64,000 bases of DNA, taken from assembly GCA_046538735.1 (NCBI GenBank), contig JBKHII010000007.1, positions 15,296 through 79,295 on the forward strand, in the 5' to 3' direction. The position numbers and the translations under genes were made by a program. The notes beneath the pieces were generated by a model. It was not told the origin of the DNA. It saw only the letters and a program-made list of their open reading frames with translations, and did not search any database. Positions 8,203-16,599 of the stretch are shown here, in pieces; the stretch's first letter is position 1; each line of letters starts with the position of its first letter. This DNA comes from Spirochaetales bacterium. Its GTDB lineage: Bacteria > Spirochaetota > Spirochaetia > DSM-27196 > SLST01.

Positions 8203-9306
8203 ATGACGGATAAACTCTCCGACATCATCTTCATTTCCGTTCCGGATACATTGGAGCGGCAGATCGGCACGTTCACGGTGGACCCCGACCGGCTCCTGCC
8301 GGTTGAAGTCACCTCGGGGGCCGACCGGTACGACATCCACGACCTCGCATGGGAGCAGATCGTTGCGGCGATGCTGAAGATCCTCGCCTACGCTCCCGAG
8401 CACGAGGACGCAGACTACTACCGCGAGTTCGTGCTTGCAGCGACGCCTACCATCATCGAGGACCTCACGGAGACCGCGATCATCAAGTCTCGGAACGGGG
8501 ATCTCGAGATCGCCGAGGAGATATTCCTCGCGCTCAAGGGACTTCAGCCGAACGACCAGCGCGCGCTGGTCAATCTCGCGCTGCTCTACGAACAGCGCGC
8601 CCTGGAGGCCGGGAGGGTGGACGACGCATCCGGCGCCAACGACTACGTGGACCGGGCGTTGGAGGTCTATGAAGAGCTCTTCTCGTTCGACGACACGATT
8701 CCCGAGGCCCACCTCAACGCAGGCTTCTTTCTCGCCAAGCAACAGCGATACGACGAGGCGCGCCGCCATCTCAGCGCGTACGTTGACCGCGGCGACGACG
8801 AGGAGCGCAAGCAGGAAGCTCGCAAGGTCATAGCACAGATAGAGTCCCAGGATCTCGGGGACTCGCTGTTCCGTGAGTCGTACGAGCTTATCCAGGCGGG
8901 AGACGAGGAGAAAGGGGTCGAACGAGTCGAGCGGTTCATTGAGACACACCCCGATGTCTGGAACGCCTGGTTCCTGCTCGGCTGGGGGCACCGGCGGCTC
9001 CGTCACTTCGAACAAGCGAAGGAGGCGTTCGAACGCGCTCTCGAACTGGGTCCTCGGCAGCCGGACACGCTGAATGAGCTCGCGATCTGCCATCTCGAGT
9101 TGGACGACGCCATGGGAGCCCGAGCGCTCCTGACCGAAGCCCTCGCCGCCGAACCGGAGAATACGAAGGTCATTTCGAACCTCGGGATCCTCGCGCTCAA
9201 GGAAAGCGACGAGGAGGAAGCGGCAGGCTACTTCCGGACGGTCCTGGAAATCGACCCGAGCGACCGAGTCGCTCGCGCCTACCTCGACCAGCTCTCCGGG
9301 AACTAG
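8203..9306 (+). CDS. TPR repeat protein
   Basis: Repeated A/L/Y-rich 34-residue helical units (NLALLYEQRA, AHLNAGFFLAKQQRYDEA, WFLLGWGHRRLRHFEQA, ISNLGILAL). ATG directly abuts the PilZ TAA. Confidence 0.75.
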   Translation: MTDKLSDIIFISVPDTLERQIGTFTVDPDRLLPVEVTSGADRYDIHDLAWEQIVAAMLKILAYAPEHEDADYYREFVLAATPTIIEDLTETAIIKSRNGDLEIAEEIFLALKGLQPNDQRALVNLALLYEQRALEAGRVDDASGANDYVDRALEVYEELFSFDDTIPEAHLNAGFFLAKQQRYDEARRHLSAYVDRGDDEERKQEARKVIAQIESQDLGDSLFRESYELIQAGDEEKGVERVERFIETHPDVWNAWFLLGWGHRRLRHFEQAKEAFERALELGPRQPDTLNELAICHLELDDAMGARALLTEALAAEPENTKVISNLGILALKESDEEEAAGYFRTVLEIDPSDRVARAYLDQLSGN

Positions 9307-9333
9307 TCCCAACCACGCCCTCAACTTTTCGTC

Positions 9334-9362
9334 TCAAGTTTTTGCACGCCGCGACCGATGCT
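9334..9362 (+). promoter_or_regulatory. Candidate sigma28-type promoter (TCAAGTTT-N13-CCGATGCT) for flaB1
   Basis: Resembles TAAAGTTT-N11-GCCGATAA with spacing off by one. The same CCGATGCT element is seen upstream of the flgN-like operon. Confidence 0.3.
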
Positions 9363-9564
9363 CGTGACAGGGTTGTTTGCGTTTCGCCGCGAGGCGAGGC
9401 GCCTATCTCCCCCGCTCTCTTTCTATATCGGTGTTTCTGAACACCGGTTGAGAGAAGATTGAAAAAAAGAGCCGTGAACTCGGAGTCGAGTTGCAGGGTT
9501 CGGAAGGAGGTGTGACGAAACGAGAATCGCCCGGAACGTCGAACCGGGCAGAAGAGGCGAAGGC

Positions 9565-9582
9565 AAGGGCACGGATGCCCTT
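9565..9582 (+). promoter_or_regulatory. GGA-loop hairpin in the flaB1 leader (putative CsrA site 1)
   Basis: AAGGGCA (9565-9571), loop CGGA, TGCCCTT (9576-9582): a perfect 7-bp stem. Confidence 0.5.
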
Positions 9583-9623
9583 CACGCCGCGCCGTGGCGT
9601 AGTGCCGCGGCGAGAACCAACTC

Positions 9624-9631
9624 ACGGAGGA
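9624..9631 (+). promoter_or_regulatory. flaB1 Shine-Dalgarno ACGGAGGA (putative CsrA site 2)
   Basis: GGA-containing SD 4 nt upstream of ATG 9636. Confidence 0.5.
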
Positions 9632-9635
9632 TTAG

Positions 9636-10493
9636 ATGATCATCAATCACAACCTGAGCGCGATGTTCGCGCAGCGCGAGCGCGGAGTCGTTGTCGATCG
9701 ACTCGACAACAACATCGAGAAGCTCTCGTCCGGTATGCGGATCAACCGCGCGGGCGACGATCCGGCAGGACTTGCCGTCAGCGAGAAGATGCGGAGCCAG
9801 ATTCGAGGCTTGAATCAGGCGTCCCGCAACGCGGCGGACGGCATATCGTTCATTCAAACTTCGGAAGGCTACCTGCAGGAAAGCCAGGACATCATGCAAC
9901 GCATTCGCGAGCTCGCCGTCCAGGCATCCAACGGTATCTACAGTTCGGAAGACCGCATGCAGATCCAGGTCGAGATCTCCCAGCTCGTTGACGAGGTGGA
10001 CCGCATCGCCAGTCATGCCCAGTTCAACGGCATGAACATGCTGACCGGCCGTTTCGCTCGCGATACCGGCGAGAACGTCGTCACGGCGAGCATGTGGTTC
10101 CACATCGGCGCAAACATGGACCAGCGTGAACAGGTCTACATCGGCACGATGACGGCCCGCGGCCTGGGCGTCCGTTTCGAGGACGACAGCATCGTCTCGC
10201 TGTCCACGCCTGAGGGCGCCAACCGAACGATCGGAATCGTGGATGCAGCTCTGCGAAAGGTGAACAAGCAGCGCGCCGACCTCGGTGCGTATCAGAACCG
10301 GCTCGAGCACGCGATTCGCGGCCTCGACGTTGGTGCTGAGAACCTGCAGGCATCCGAGGCCCGGATCAGAGACACCGACATGGCTCAGGAAATCGTCAAG
10401 TACACGACGAACCAGATCCTCCTGCAGAGCTCCAGTGCGATGCTCGCGCAGGCAAACACGACGCCTCAGTCCGTATTGCAATTGCTGGGCTAA
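9636..10493 (+). CDS. flaB: Flagellar filament core flagellin FlaB
   Basis: [15 protein letters not shown]...[24 protein letters not shown]...C-terminal [25 protein letters not shown]. Confidence 0.95.
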   Translation: MIINHNLSAMFAQRERGVVVDRLDNNIEKLSSGMRINRAGDDPAGLAVSEKMRSQIRGLNQASRNAADGISFIQTSEGYLQESQDIMQRIRELAVQASNGIYSSEDRMQIQVEISQLVDEVDRIASHAQFNGMNMLTGRFARDTGENVVTASMWFHIGANMDQREQVYIGTMTARGLGVRFEDDSIVSLSTPEGANRTIGIVDAALRKVNKQRADLGAYQNRLEHAIRGLDVGAENLQASEARIRDTDMAQEIVKYTTNQILLQSSSAMLAQANTTPQSVLQLLG

Positions 10494-10512
10494 GGTAGTA
10501 TTCTTGAACGTG

Positions 10513-10537
10513 GCGGCGTCCCATTTTGGGGCGCCGC
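10513..10537 (+). terminator. Possible intrinsic terminator or attenuator after flaB1
   Basis: GCGGCGTCCC / GGGGCGCCGC stem (one G-U pair) with loop ATTTT. The downstream T tract is weak (GTCTTCGCT). Confidence 0.35.
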
Positions 10538-10742
10538 GTCTTCGCTCCCGGCGTGGAGTTGCTTCGCGCGGGACTGATCTTTGAAAAAAACCCCCTTGAT
10601 GCCCGGTTGGCTGACCGGTGCTGCTCGAGGTGGTGTCCCTGCGAGAAGAGTCAACTCATCGTAGATGAGCTGGTTCTTCCGAGAAGGCGCGACGAACGGA
10701 GCAGAAGGAGCGCGATTGACTTCTGAAGCGCCTGCAGGAAGT

Positions 10743-10761
10743 GAGGGCACGGATTGCCCTC
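10743..10761 (+). promoter_or_regulatory. GGA-loop hairpin in the flaB2 leader (putative CsrA site 1)
   Basis: GAGGGCA (10743-10749), loop CGGAT, TGCCCTC (10755-10761): a perfect 7-bp stem, nearly identical to the flaB1 element. Confidence 0.5.
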
Positions 10762-10773
10762 ATGCGACACATC

Positions 10774-10781
10774 AAGGAGGG
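10774..10781 (+). promoter_or_regulatory. flaB2 Shine-Dalgarno AAGGAGGG (putative CsrA site 2)
   Basis: GGA-containing SD 4 nt upstream of ATG 10786. Confidence 0.5.
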
Positions 10782-10785
10782 TCAT

Positions 10786-11640
10786 ATGATCATCAATCAC
10801 AACACGAGTGCCGCATTCGCGTCGCGTACCTTGAATTTCCGTCAAGACAGGATTCAGGGCAGCATCGAGAAACTCTCGAGCGGAATGCGCATCAATCGTG
10901 CCGGGGATGACGCCTCTGGACTCGCCGTCAGTGAGAAGCTTCGGAGTCAGATTCGAGGTCTCAATCAGGCGGAACGAAACATCCAGAACGCGGTCAGCTT
11001 CATCCAGACGAGCGAGGGCTACCTGCAGAACACGCAGGACATCCTCCACCGGATTCGCGAGCTCTCGGTTCAGAGTGCCAACGGCATCTATACCGCAGAG
11101 GATCGCATGCAGATCCAGGTAGAGGTCTCGCAACTCGTCGACGAGGTGAACCGGATTGCTTCCCACGCTCAGTTCAACGGTATGAACATGCTGACCGGAG
11201 CCTTCGCGCGCGATTCGGCGACGGAACAGGTCATGCAGTTCCAGGTGGGAGCAAACATGGACCAGAGCGAGCGAGTGTTTATCGGGACCATGACGGCCCG
11301 GGCGCTCGGCTTGGAGGACACGCAGGGCGAAGGCGGGATCGTATCGATCTCGACCCCGGAACTCGCCAATCGAACGATTGGCGTCGTGGACACGGCGCTG
11401 CGCCAGGTAAACCGCCAGCGAGCCGATCTCGGTGCGTACCAGAATCGGTTTGAGATCGCCCAGGAGGGCGTCGCAGTCGCTGCGGAGAACCTTGCCGCCG
11501 CAGAGAGCCGTATCCGAGACACCGACATGGCCGGCCAGGTCGTTGATTTCGTGAGGGATCAGATCCTGGTTCAGGCCAACACGGCGATGCTCGCCCAGGC
11601 GAACACGCAGCCGCAGTCGGTTCTTCAGCTATTGGGTTAG
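10786..11640 (+). CDS. flaB: Flagellar filament core flagellin FlaB (second paralog)
   Basis: [18 protein letters not shown]...[24 protein letters not shown]...[26 protein letters not shown]. The ORF-track start 10741 is an upstream extension. Confidence 0.95.
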   Translation: MIINHNTSAAFASRTLNFRQDRIQGSIEKLSSGMRINRAGDDASGLAVSEKLRSQIRGLNQAERNIQNAVSFIQTSEGYLQNTQDILHRIRELSVQSANGIYTAEDRMQIQVEVSQLVDEVNRIASHAQFNGMNMLTGAFARDSATEQVMQFQVGANMDQSERVFIGTMTARALGLEDTQGEGGIVSISTPELANRTIGVVDTALRQVNRQRADLGAYQNRFEIAQEGVAVAAENLAAAESRIRDTDMAGQVVDFVRDQILVQANTAMLAQANTQPQSVLQLLG

Positions 11641-11798
11641 TACTGGGATTCGTCTCCGTTCGTGACAGCCGACCTCGAGGCAGCTGTGCACACCCCAAGA
11701 GATCACTGGACGTCATCTTTTGGGTATTCCGAGTCGGGAGAGGGTTCGCGCTCTCTCTCCCGCTCCCCTTTAGACGCGATCTTACACGGAGGTAAGAT

Positions 11799-12164
11799 AT
11801 GTCTATGGAGATTACTGGGATAGTCGGTCAGGGCGGCCCTCATCGATCGAATCCCGGGGAGTTCAGGGCGCAGCGCTCGCCAACACAGGCTGAGCAGACT
11901 GCTTTGCGAGCGGAACAGAATCTCTCATCCGTCGTGAACGAGACCATGGAAGTCGAGACGCTTGTCAAAGACCTTCAGATCGTCACGTCTGCCTTGGACA
12001 AGCGGCTGAAGTTCAGCATCAACCAGGAGCTCAATCAGATCGTCGTCAAGGTCATTGATCGCCAAACCGATAAGGTGATCAAGGAGCTTCCGCCTGAGGA
12101 GATTCAGCGGCTCCATGTCCGCATCCGCGAGGCGATCGGCCTGCTGATAGACGAGGAGATCTAG
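11799..12164 (+). CDS. flaG: Flagellar protein FlaG
   Basis: C-terminal LKFSINQELNQIVVKVIDRQTDKVIKELPPEEIQRL is the FlaG signature. Located between flagellin and fliD. Confidence 0.85.
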   Translation: MSMEITGIVGQGGPHRSNPGEFRAQRSPTQAEQTALRAEQNLSSVVNETMEVETLVKDLQIVTSALDKRLKFSINQELNQIVVKVIDRQTDKVIKELPPEEIQRLHVRIREAIGLLIDEEI

Positions 12165-12231
12165 CCGCGCCTGATATTCGCCCCGGGTCGCGCTACCCTT
12201 TCCAACGGCGGACGCGATACGGGAGGGATTC

Positions 12232-14247
12232 GTGTCAGACATCATGATTCCCGGAATCACGAATTCCGGCCTCAACACAGACGGGATGGTGGAAGACATC
12301 ATGGAGGCAGAGCGTGCCCCCGTCACCCGCATGGAAGACCGCATTGACAGCTACGAAGAGGAACGCGAAGCGTGGCTTGAGATCGGTCGGCGTGCGTCCA
12401 ATCTGCAGGAAGCCGCCCGTCTTTTGTTCGGCTTCGAGAACCCCTTCAACGAGAGAATAGCCTCCTCCACGAACGAAGGCGTCCTCGTCGCCTCCGCCGA
12501 GCGCGCCGCACCCGAAGGAACCAGCCGCATCGCTGTTCACCAACTCGCCGAAGCCGACCGTTTCTTCTCGCGTAGCCTCCCGAGCGACTTCCAAGTCGCC
12601 GCCGGCCGCTACGGTTTTCGCGTCGGCGAGGAGGAGGAGTACTTCGCCTTCTCCGGGGGTTCACTCGAGTCGTTCGCGGAGGCGATCAACAGACGGGCCG
12701 GAGACGTAGTCGGTGCGCGCGTCGTACGCAATACGGCCGACTCGAAGACCATCCTGATCGAGGCGAACCGGACCGGCGCAGAGAATCAGCTCTCGTTCCT
12801 CGAGGACGCACGGTCGTTTGCGCTCGAGGCCGGCGTTCTCGAAGAGGTCCGTGACCAGGTCGTGCAGGCGCCGATCCAGGCGAGCACGGTCGACGGCACA
12901 ACGGCAAGTTCCACGAGAACGGTGCAGGCGGGTACTCTCACCGTTGAACCGGAAGGACAGGCCACGGTTCGCCTTCCGGCGCCCGTCACGGACACCGAAT
13001 CGCTCGTGATGGAGCTGGAGGTCGACGTTCGGAACCTCTCCGAGGAGTGGACCGCGCCCGAGCCGCCACCGGGACCAGAGATCCCGGACACGGGAAGCAT
13101 CACGCTCGGCGACGTAACGATCGAGAATGCGCCGTCCGAGGTTCCGCTCCCGGGCTGGGAGCCACCGGAACCCCCGGAGGTGCGCGAGGATCCGTCGATC
13201 CTGTTTCTCAGCTCCTCGGGTCGCCGGATCGAGCTTCCGGCGCTCGCAGACACGGAGGGGTTCGAGACTGTCCGCGTGCCGCTCTCCCAGTTCGCGGACC
13301 GACTCGACGCGATCGAGGTGCGGAACAACAACACGCATCGCCGGGTCCGAGTCCGAAACATCACGATATACGACCCCCGCACGCGGGGCGACGTGGCTCC
13401 GCTCAATCCGGTCAGCACCGCACGCGACGCGATCGTTGAAATTGAGGGCATCGAGGTGATTCGCCCGACCAATGCGATCGACGATCTGATCGACGGTGTG
13501 ACGCTCAACCTCCGCGGCACGAGCAGCGTACCGGTGGACGTGACGGTCGAACCCGATCGGGAGGCGGTTACCGACTCTCTGATCCAGTTCGTCTTCTACT
13601 ACAACGAGCTCGTTCGCCATATCAACATCCTGACCCGGAGTGAAGAAGCAATCGTAGACGAGCTCACGAACCTGAACGACGACGAGCGCCAGGAGGCGCT
13701 CGAAGACCTGGGTCTGCTCCAGGGAAATCTCTCGCTGAACTCGCTCAAGTCGCGTCTCCAGACGATCATGATGAACGCCTACCCCACGGACGCGGGGACA
13801 GCGCTCGCGATGCTCGCGCAGATGGGCATCTCGACCAACGAGTCGGGTCCCGGAAGCGGCGTCAACTCGAGCAGACTGCGAGGGTACATGGAGATGAACC
13901 CCGCCGACGTGGAGACCGTCCTTCAGACGCGGTTCGCTTCCGCGCGTCAGCTCTTCGGAAGCGACTCGAACGGAGACCGAGCCGTGGATACCGGCGTCGC
14001 CTACGAGATCGACCGCAATCTTCGCCCGTACGTTCAGACCGACGGGCTCATTCCGCAGCGAACCGGGAACATCGAGCAATCGATTTCGGACACGCAGAAT
14101 CGCATTGAACGCGAGAATGCGCGCCTGGAAGAGGTCGAAGCGCGGTATCGCGCGGAGTTCGCGCAGATGGAGGCGGCGATGCAGGAGATGAAGGAGAACC
14201 AGCGCGCTCTTCAGAACCTCCAGACGCAGTCGGGAGGGCAGCAATAG
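12232..14247 (+). CDS. fliD: Flagellar filament cap protein FliD (HAP2)
   Basis: N-terminal IPGITNSGLNTDGMVEDIMEAERAPVTRMEDRI and C-terminal coiled coil (RIERENARLEEVEARYRAEFAQMEAAM). GTG start after GGGAGGGA. Confidence 0.9.
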   Translation: MSDIMIPGITNSGLNTDGMVEDIMEAERAPVTRMEDRIDSYEEEREAWLEIGRRASNLQEAARLLFGFENPFNERIASSTNEGVLVASAERAAPEGTSRIAVHQLAEADRFFSRSLPSDFQVAAGRYGFRVGEEEEYFAFSGGSLESFAEAINRRAGDVVGARVVRNTADSKTILIEANRTGAENQLSFLEDARSFALEAGVLEEVRDQVVQAPIQASTVDGTTASSTRTVQAGTLTVEPEGQATVRLPAPVTDTESLVMELEVDVRNLSEEWTAPEPPPGPEIPDTGSITLGDVTIENAPSEVPLPGWEPPEPPEVREDPSILFLSSSGRRIELPALADTEGFETVRVPLSQFADRLDAIEVRNNNTHRRVRVRNITIYDPRTRGDVAPLNPVSTARDAIVEIEGIEVIRPTNAIDDLIDGVTLNLRGTSSVPVDVTVEPDREAVTDSLIQFVFYYNELVRHINILTRSEEAIVDELTNLNDDERQEALEDLGLLQGNLSLNSLKSRLQTIMMNAYPTDAGTALAMLAQMGISTNESGPGSGVNSSRLRGYMEMNPADVETVLQTRFASARQLFGSDSNGDRAVDTGVAYEIDRNLRPYVQTDGLIPQRTGNIEQSISDTQNRIERENARLEEVEARYRAEFAQMEAAMQEMKENQRALQNLQTQSGGQQ

Positions 14248-14307
14248 ATGAACCGGGCGGCTCACGTGGCTTGGCTTTGCTGCCGAGACTAGGAGAGGGA
14301 GACGCAT

Positions 14308-15195
14308 ATGGAAATCCTCGTCAACCACGAGCCGCTGGACTTCAAGCTCGAGAACGAATCCTCGGTCGGCGAAATCGTTGACGGGCTCGCTCATTGGCTC
14401 AGCGCCGGCCGTTTCGCAATCACCGCGATTGACGTGAACGCCACGTCGTATGCGCTCCACGACCGCGAATCGTGGGCCGACATCCAGATCGACGACGTGG
14501 ACCGCCTTGCCGTGGAGGCGCTGCCGCTCACCGACGTGGATCACGCGACGCTCGTCGCGCTCGAGGAGTACTTCTCTATCCTCGCCGAGTGTCTGGAAAC
14601 GCGGAATGAGCTGCCGCTCGGTGAGCTCGTACGGGAGCTCCCCTACGTTCGCGCCAGGCTCACGCAGTTCTTCCCTGCGCTCGCGTCCGAAGACGGCGAG
14701 ACATCCGTTCTCCTCGACGATCGGCTGGAACAGGGGAAGATGCCCCACCCGGAAAACGCGCGATCGCTCTCGGCCGAGGTCAACGATATCCGGACCATCA
14801 TCCGCAGCCGCGAACGCGAGTACCGCGAGCCGGCTCGCGAGCTCGCGCTTACGTTGGGACATCTCTCGGCTACCCGGCCCGCACTCATCGAGGTTCCGGT
14901 TCAGCTCCAGACCGGAAAAGAGCAGGAAGCCATGCAGACCGTAGTCACGCTCACGGAGCTCCTGACCCGGGTCGTGCGGCTCGTTCCGCTCGTGGAGCGA
15001 TCCGAGGACGACGCCGACATCAACGTGGAGGGAGTAAGGCGCTTTGCCGAAGAGCTCCTTCCGCACCTGATTGAGCTCAAGGATGCGCTCGAGATCCAGG
15101 ACACGGTCCTCATCGGTGACCTGCTTGAGTACGAGGTCGCGCCGCGGCTGGAAGCGCTCCACCGGCTCCTGCCCGGGGGAACTCAGGAGCAATGA
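14308..15195 (+). CDS. Hypothetical acidic protein (possible beta-grasp-like N-terminus plus helical C-terminal part)
   Basis: 295 aa. MEILVNHEPLDFKLENESSVGEIVDGL..FAITAIDVN resembles a ThiS/MoaD-like strand pattern. SD GGAGAGGGAG present. Stop overlaps the next ATG (ATGA at 15192-15195). Confidence 0.65.
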   Translation: MEILVNHEPLDFKLENESSVGEIVDGLAHWLSAGRFAITAIDVNATSYALHDRESWADIQIDDVDRLAVEALPLTDVDHATLVALEEYFSILAECLETRNELPLGELVRELPYVRARLTQFFPALASEDGETSVLLDDRLEQGKMPHPENARSLSAEVNDIRTIIRSREREYREPARELALTLGHLSATRPALIEVPVQLQTGKEQEAMQTVVTLTELLTRVVRLVPLVERSEDDADINVEGVRRFAEELLPHLIELKDALEIQDTVLIGDLLEYEVAPRLEALHRLLPGGTQEQ

Positions 15196-16283
15196 TTCCG
15201 GTCCTTCTGCAACAGGACATTCAGTTCTTTGCTCAGCCGGACCCCGCGCAGACACGAGTCGTCCTCATCGTATTCGGCCTCGTCGTCGCGTTCGGAGCCG
15301 TTGCTGCGTTTCTGAACAGCCGCGGCGGCAAATCCGGCGGCGGGCACCACGGCGGTCACGGCGGCGGACTGAATCGACGCGCGAAGAAACTCGGACTCAG
15401 CGCCGATCAGCGACGAGCGCTCAAGGAGCTCGTCCGTACCCTCGGACTCCAGAATCCGAGTCGTCTGCTGACGCACTCCGCGTATCTCAACCACGCGCTG
15501 AAGCGCAGGATCGAGCAGCTCGATCTCGCAAACGTGCCGGAAGCTGAACGCGAGAGACAGAAATCGCTGCTCTTCTCGGTGAAACGGACGATCCAGAACG
15601 CCACGGCGAACGTCAGAGTCCTTCCTTCCTCACGACACATCAAGGTCGGGCACACGGTGCGCGTACGCACTCCGGACGCGGAGGAGCATGAGCTCCTTGT
15701 CGCCTCGAACGTGCACAACGGGATCGGAATCGAGCTCCCTTACCAGCGACGCGGATCTCGGAATCAGTACAAGAAGGGTACCGAGCTGCGCGTCAGCTTC
15801 GTGGACGAAAACGACCGTCTCTACAGCTTTGGAACCCGCGTCATCGGCTACAACACGGCTCGCGGGGGCTCGGTGATGTTCGTGGAGCACGCCTCGAATA
15901 TCCGCCAGACGCAGAAGCGGAAATCCCCGAGGCGCGAGTACGACAGACCGTGCTACTTCTACCCCGTCACCGTCCTCACGACCGGCCGAGGTCGCAAACG
16001 CCGGACGCAGGCGTTCGTCAACAAGAACCGCCGTATCTTCGGTCGGTTCGAGGACTTGTCGGCCGGCGGATGTGCCATCAGGACGCAGGTGCCGCTTCCG
16101 AAGGGCGACATCCTGAAGATTGATTTCGAGAATGCGGACGGAACGCCAATCTCCGTCTACGGGATGGTACGCGCGGTCGAACGCCAGCGCGCCAAGGGGC
16201 GCCTCATGCACATCAAGTTCACGCGCGTGTCGCGGAAGCACCTGAATCAGATCCAGAGCTATGTGTACGGACTCACCGAGTGA
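15192..16283 (+). CDS. Membrane-anchored YcgR-like PilZ-domain protein (putative c-di-GMP flagellar brake-type effector)
   Basis: N-terminal TM (VVLIVFGLVVAFGAVAAFL), Gly/His-rich linker, YcgR-N-like beta region, then PilZ motifs RKSPRREYDR (RxxxR) and EDLSAGGCAI (DxSxxG). Confidence 0.75.
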   Translation: MIPVLLQQDIQFFAQPDPAQTRVVLIVFGLVVAFGAVAAFLNSRGGKSGGGHHGGHGGGLNRRAKKLGLSADQRRALKELVRTLGLQNPSRLLTHSAYLNHALKRRIEQLDLANVPEAERERQKSLLFSVKRTIQNATANVRVLPSSRHIKVGHTVRVRTPDAEEHELLVASNVHNGIGIELPYQRRGSRNQYKKGTELRVSFVDENDRLYSFGTRVIGYNTARGGSVMFVEHASNIRQTQKRKSPRREYDRPCYFYPVTVLTTGRGRKRRTQAFVNKNRRIFGRFEDLSAGGCAIRTQVPLPKGDILKIDFENADGTPISVYGMVRAVERQRAKGRLMHIKFTRVSRKHLNQIQSYVYGLTE

Positions 16284-16295
16284 TTCCCGAATCGC

Positions 16296-16324
16296 TTGAC
16301 CCGTGTCAACCCGTGAATTAGGCT
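16296..16324 (+). promoter_or_regulatory. Candidate sigma70-type promoter TTGACC-N17-TAGGCT abutting the 87-aa ORF
   Basis: TTGACC 16296-16301 and TAGGCT 16319-16324, 6 nt before ATG 16331, with no SD. The -10 element is weak. Confidence 0.3.
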
Positions 16325-16330
16325 TCTTCC

Positions 16331-16594
16331 ATGAAAGTAGTTGAGCTGACGAACGTCGTTCAGCGGGAGACTCCGCTGCACTACCGCAGGACGTTCACAG
16401 CCACCGCAGTATTCTCGCGCAATCACTCTCGACAGGAATCGAGCCGTGTGGAGTTCGTCCTTGAGCACTCTCCGCTCGGCAGCGTCGGTGTCAAGGTCAA
16501 GATCCTTGACGAAATCGACTACCCGCTCGTACCGGCGATCTCCGCGCTCAAGGCCCACATCGCGAAACTCGAGCAGTCCGGGAATCTCCCCTGA
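16331..16594 (+). CDS. Hypothetical small protein
   Basis: 87-aa ORF with normal composition (MKVVELTNVVQRETPLHYRRTF...KAHIAKLEQSGNLP). Lies 5 nt before tsaE. Confidence 0.5.
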   Translation: MKVVELTNVVQRETPLHYRRTFTATAVFSRNHSRQESSRVEFVLEHSPLGSVGVKVKILDEIDYPLVPAISALKAHIAKLEQSGNLP

Positions 16595-16599
16595 TCTTC

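Noticed and set aside
9459-9468. Shared TTGAAAAAAA motif in both flaB upstream regions (also 10581-10590) as a -35 element
   Set aside because: No acceptable -10 hexamer lies 16-18 nt downstream in either copy, and its distance to the ATG differs (177 vs 205 nt). It is kept only as an unexplained shared motif.
9403-9585. 60-aa minus-strand ORF and the 9491-9991 plus-strand ORF inside the flaB1 leader
   Set aside because: No SD and odd composition. The plus-strand ORF runs out of frame into flaB. The region is better explained as a structured 5' UTR.
11736-11761. Possible terminator hairpin after flaB2 (GGGAGAG...CTCTCCC)
   Set aside because: The loop is 12 nt, the stem is short and the T tract is weak (CCCCTTTAG). 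This is not strong enough to annotate, and flaG may be co-transcribed.
12661-15255. 864-aa minus-strand ORF antisense to fliD and the downstream gene
   Set aside because: It is extremely Arg/Gly/Pro/Leu-rich with no recognisable motifs. It lies opposite well-supported fliD. Long antisense ORFs are expected in high-GC DNA because stop codons are rare.
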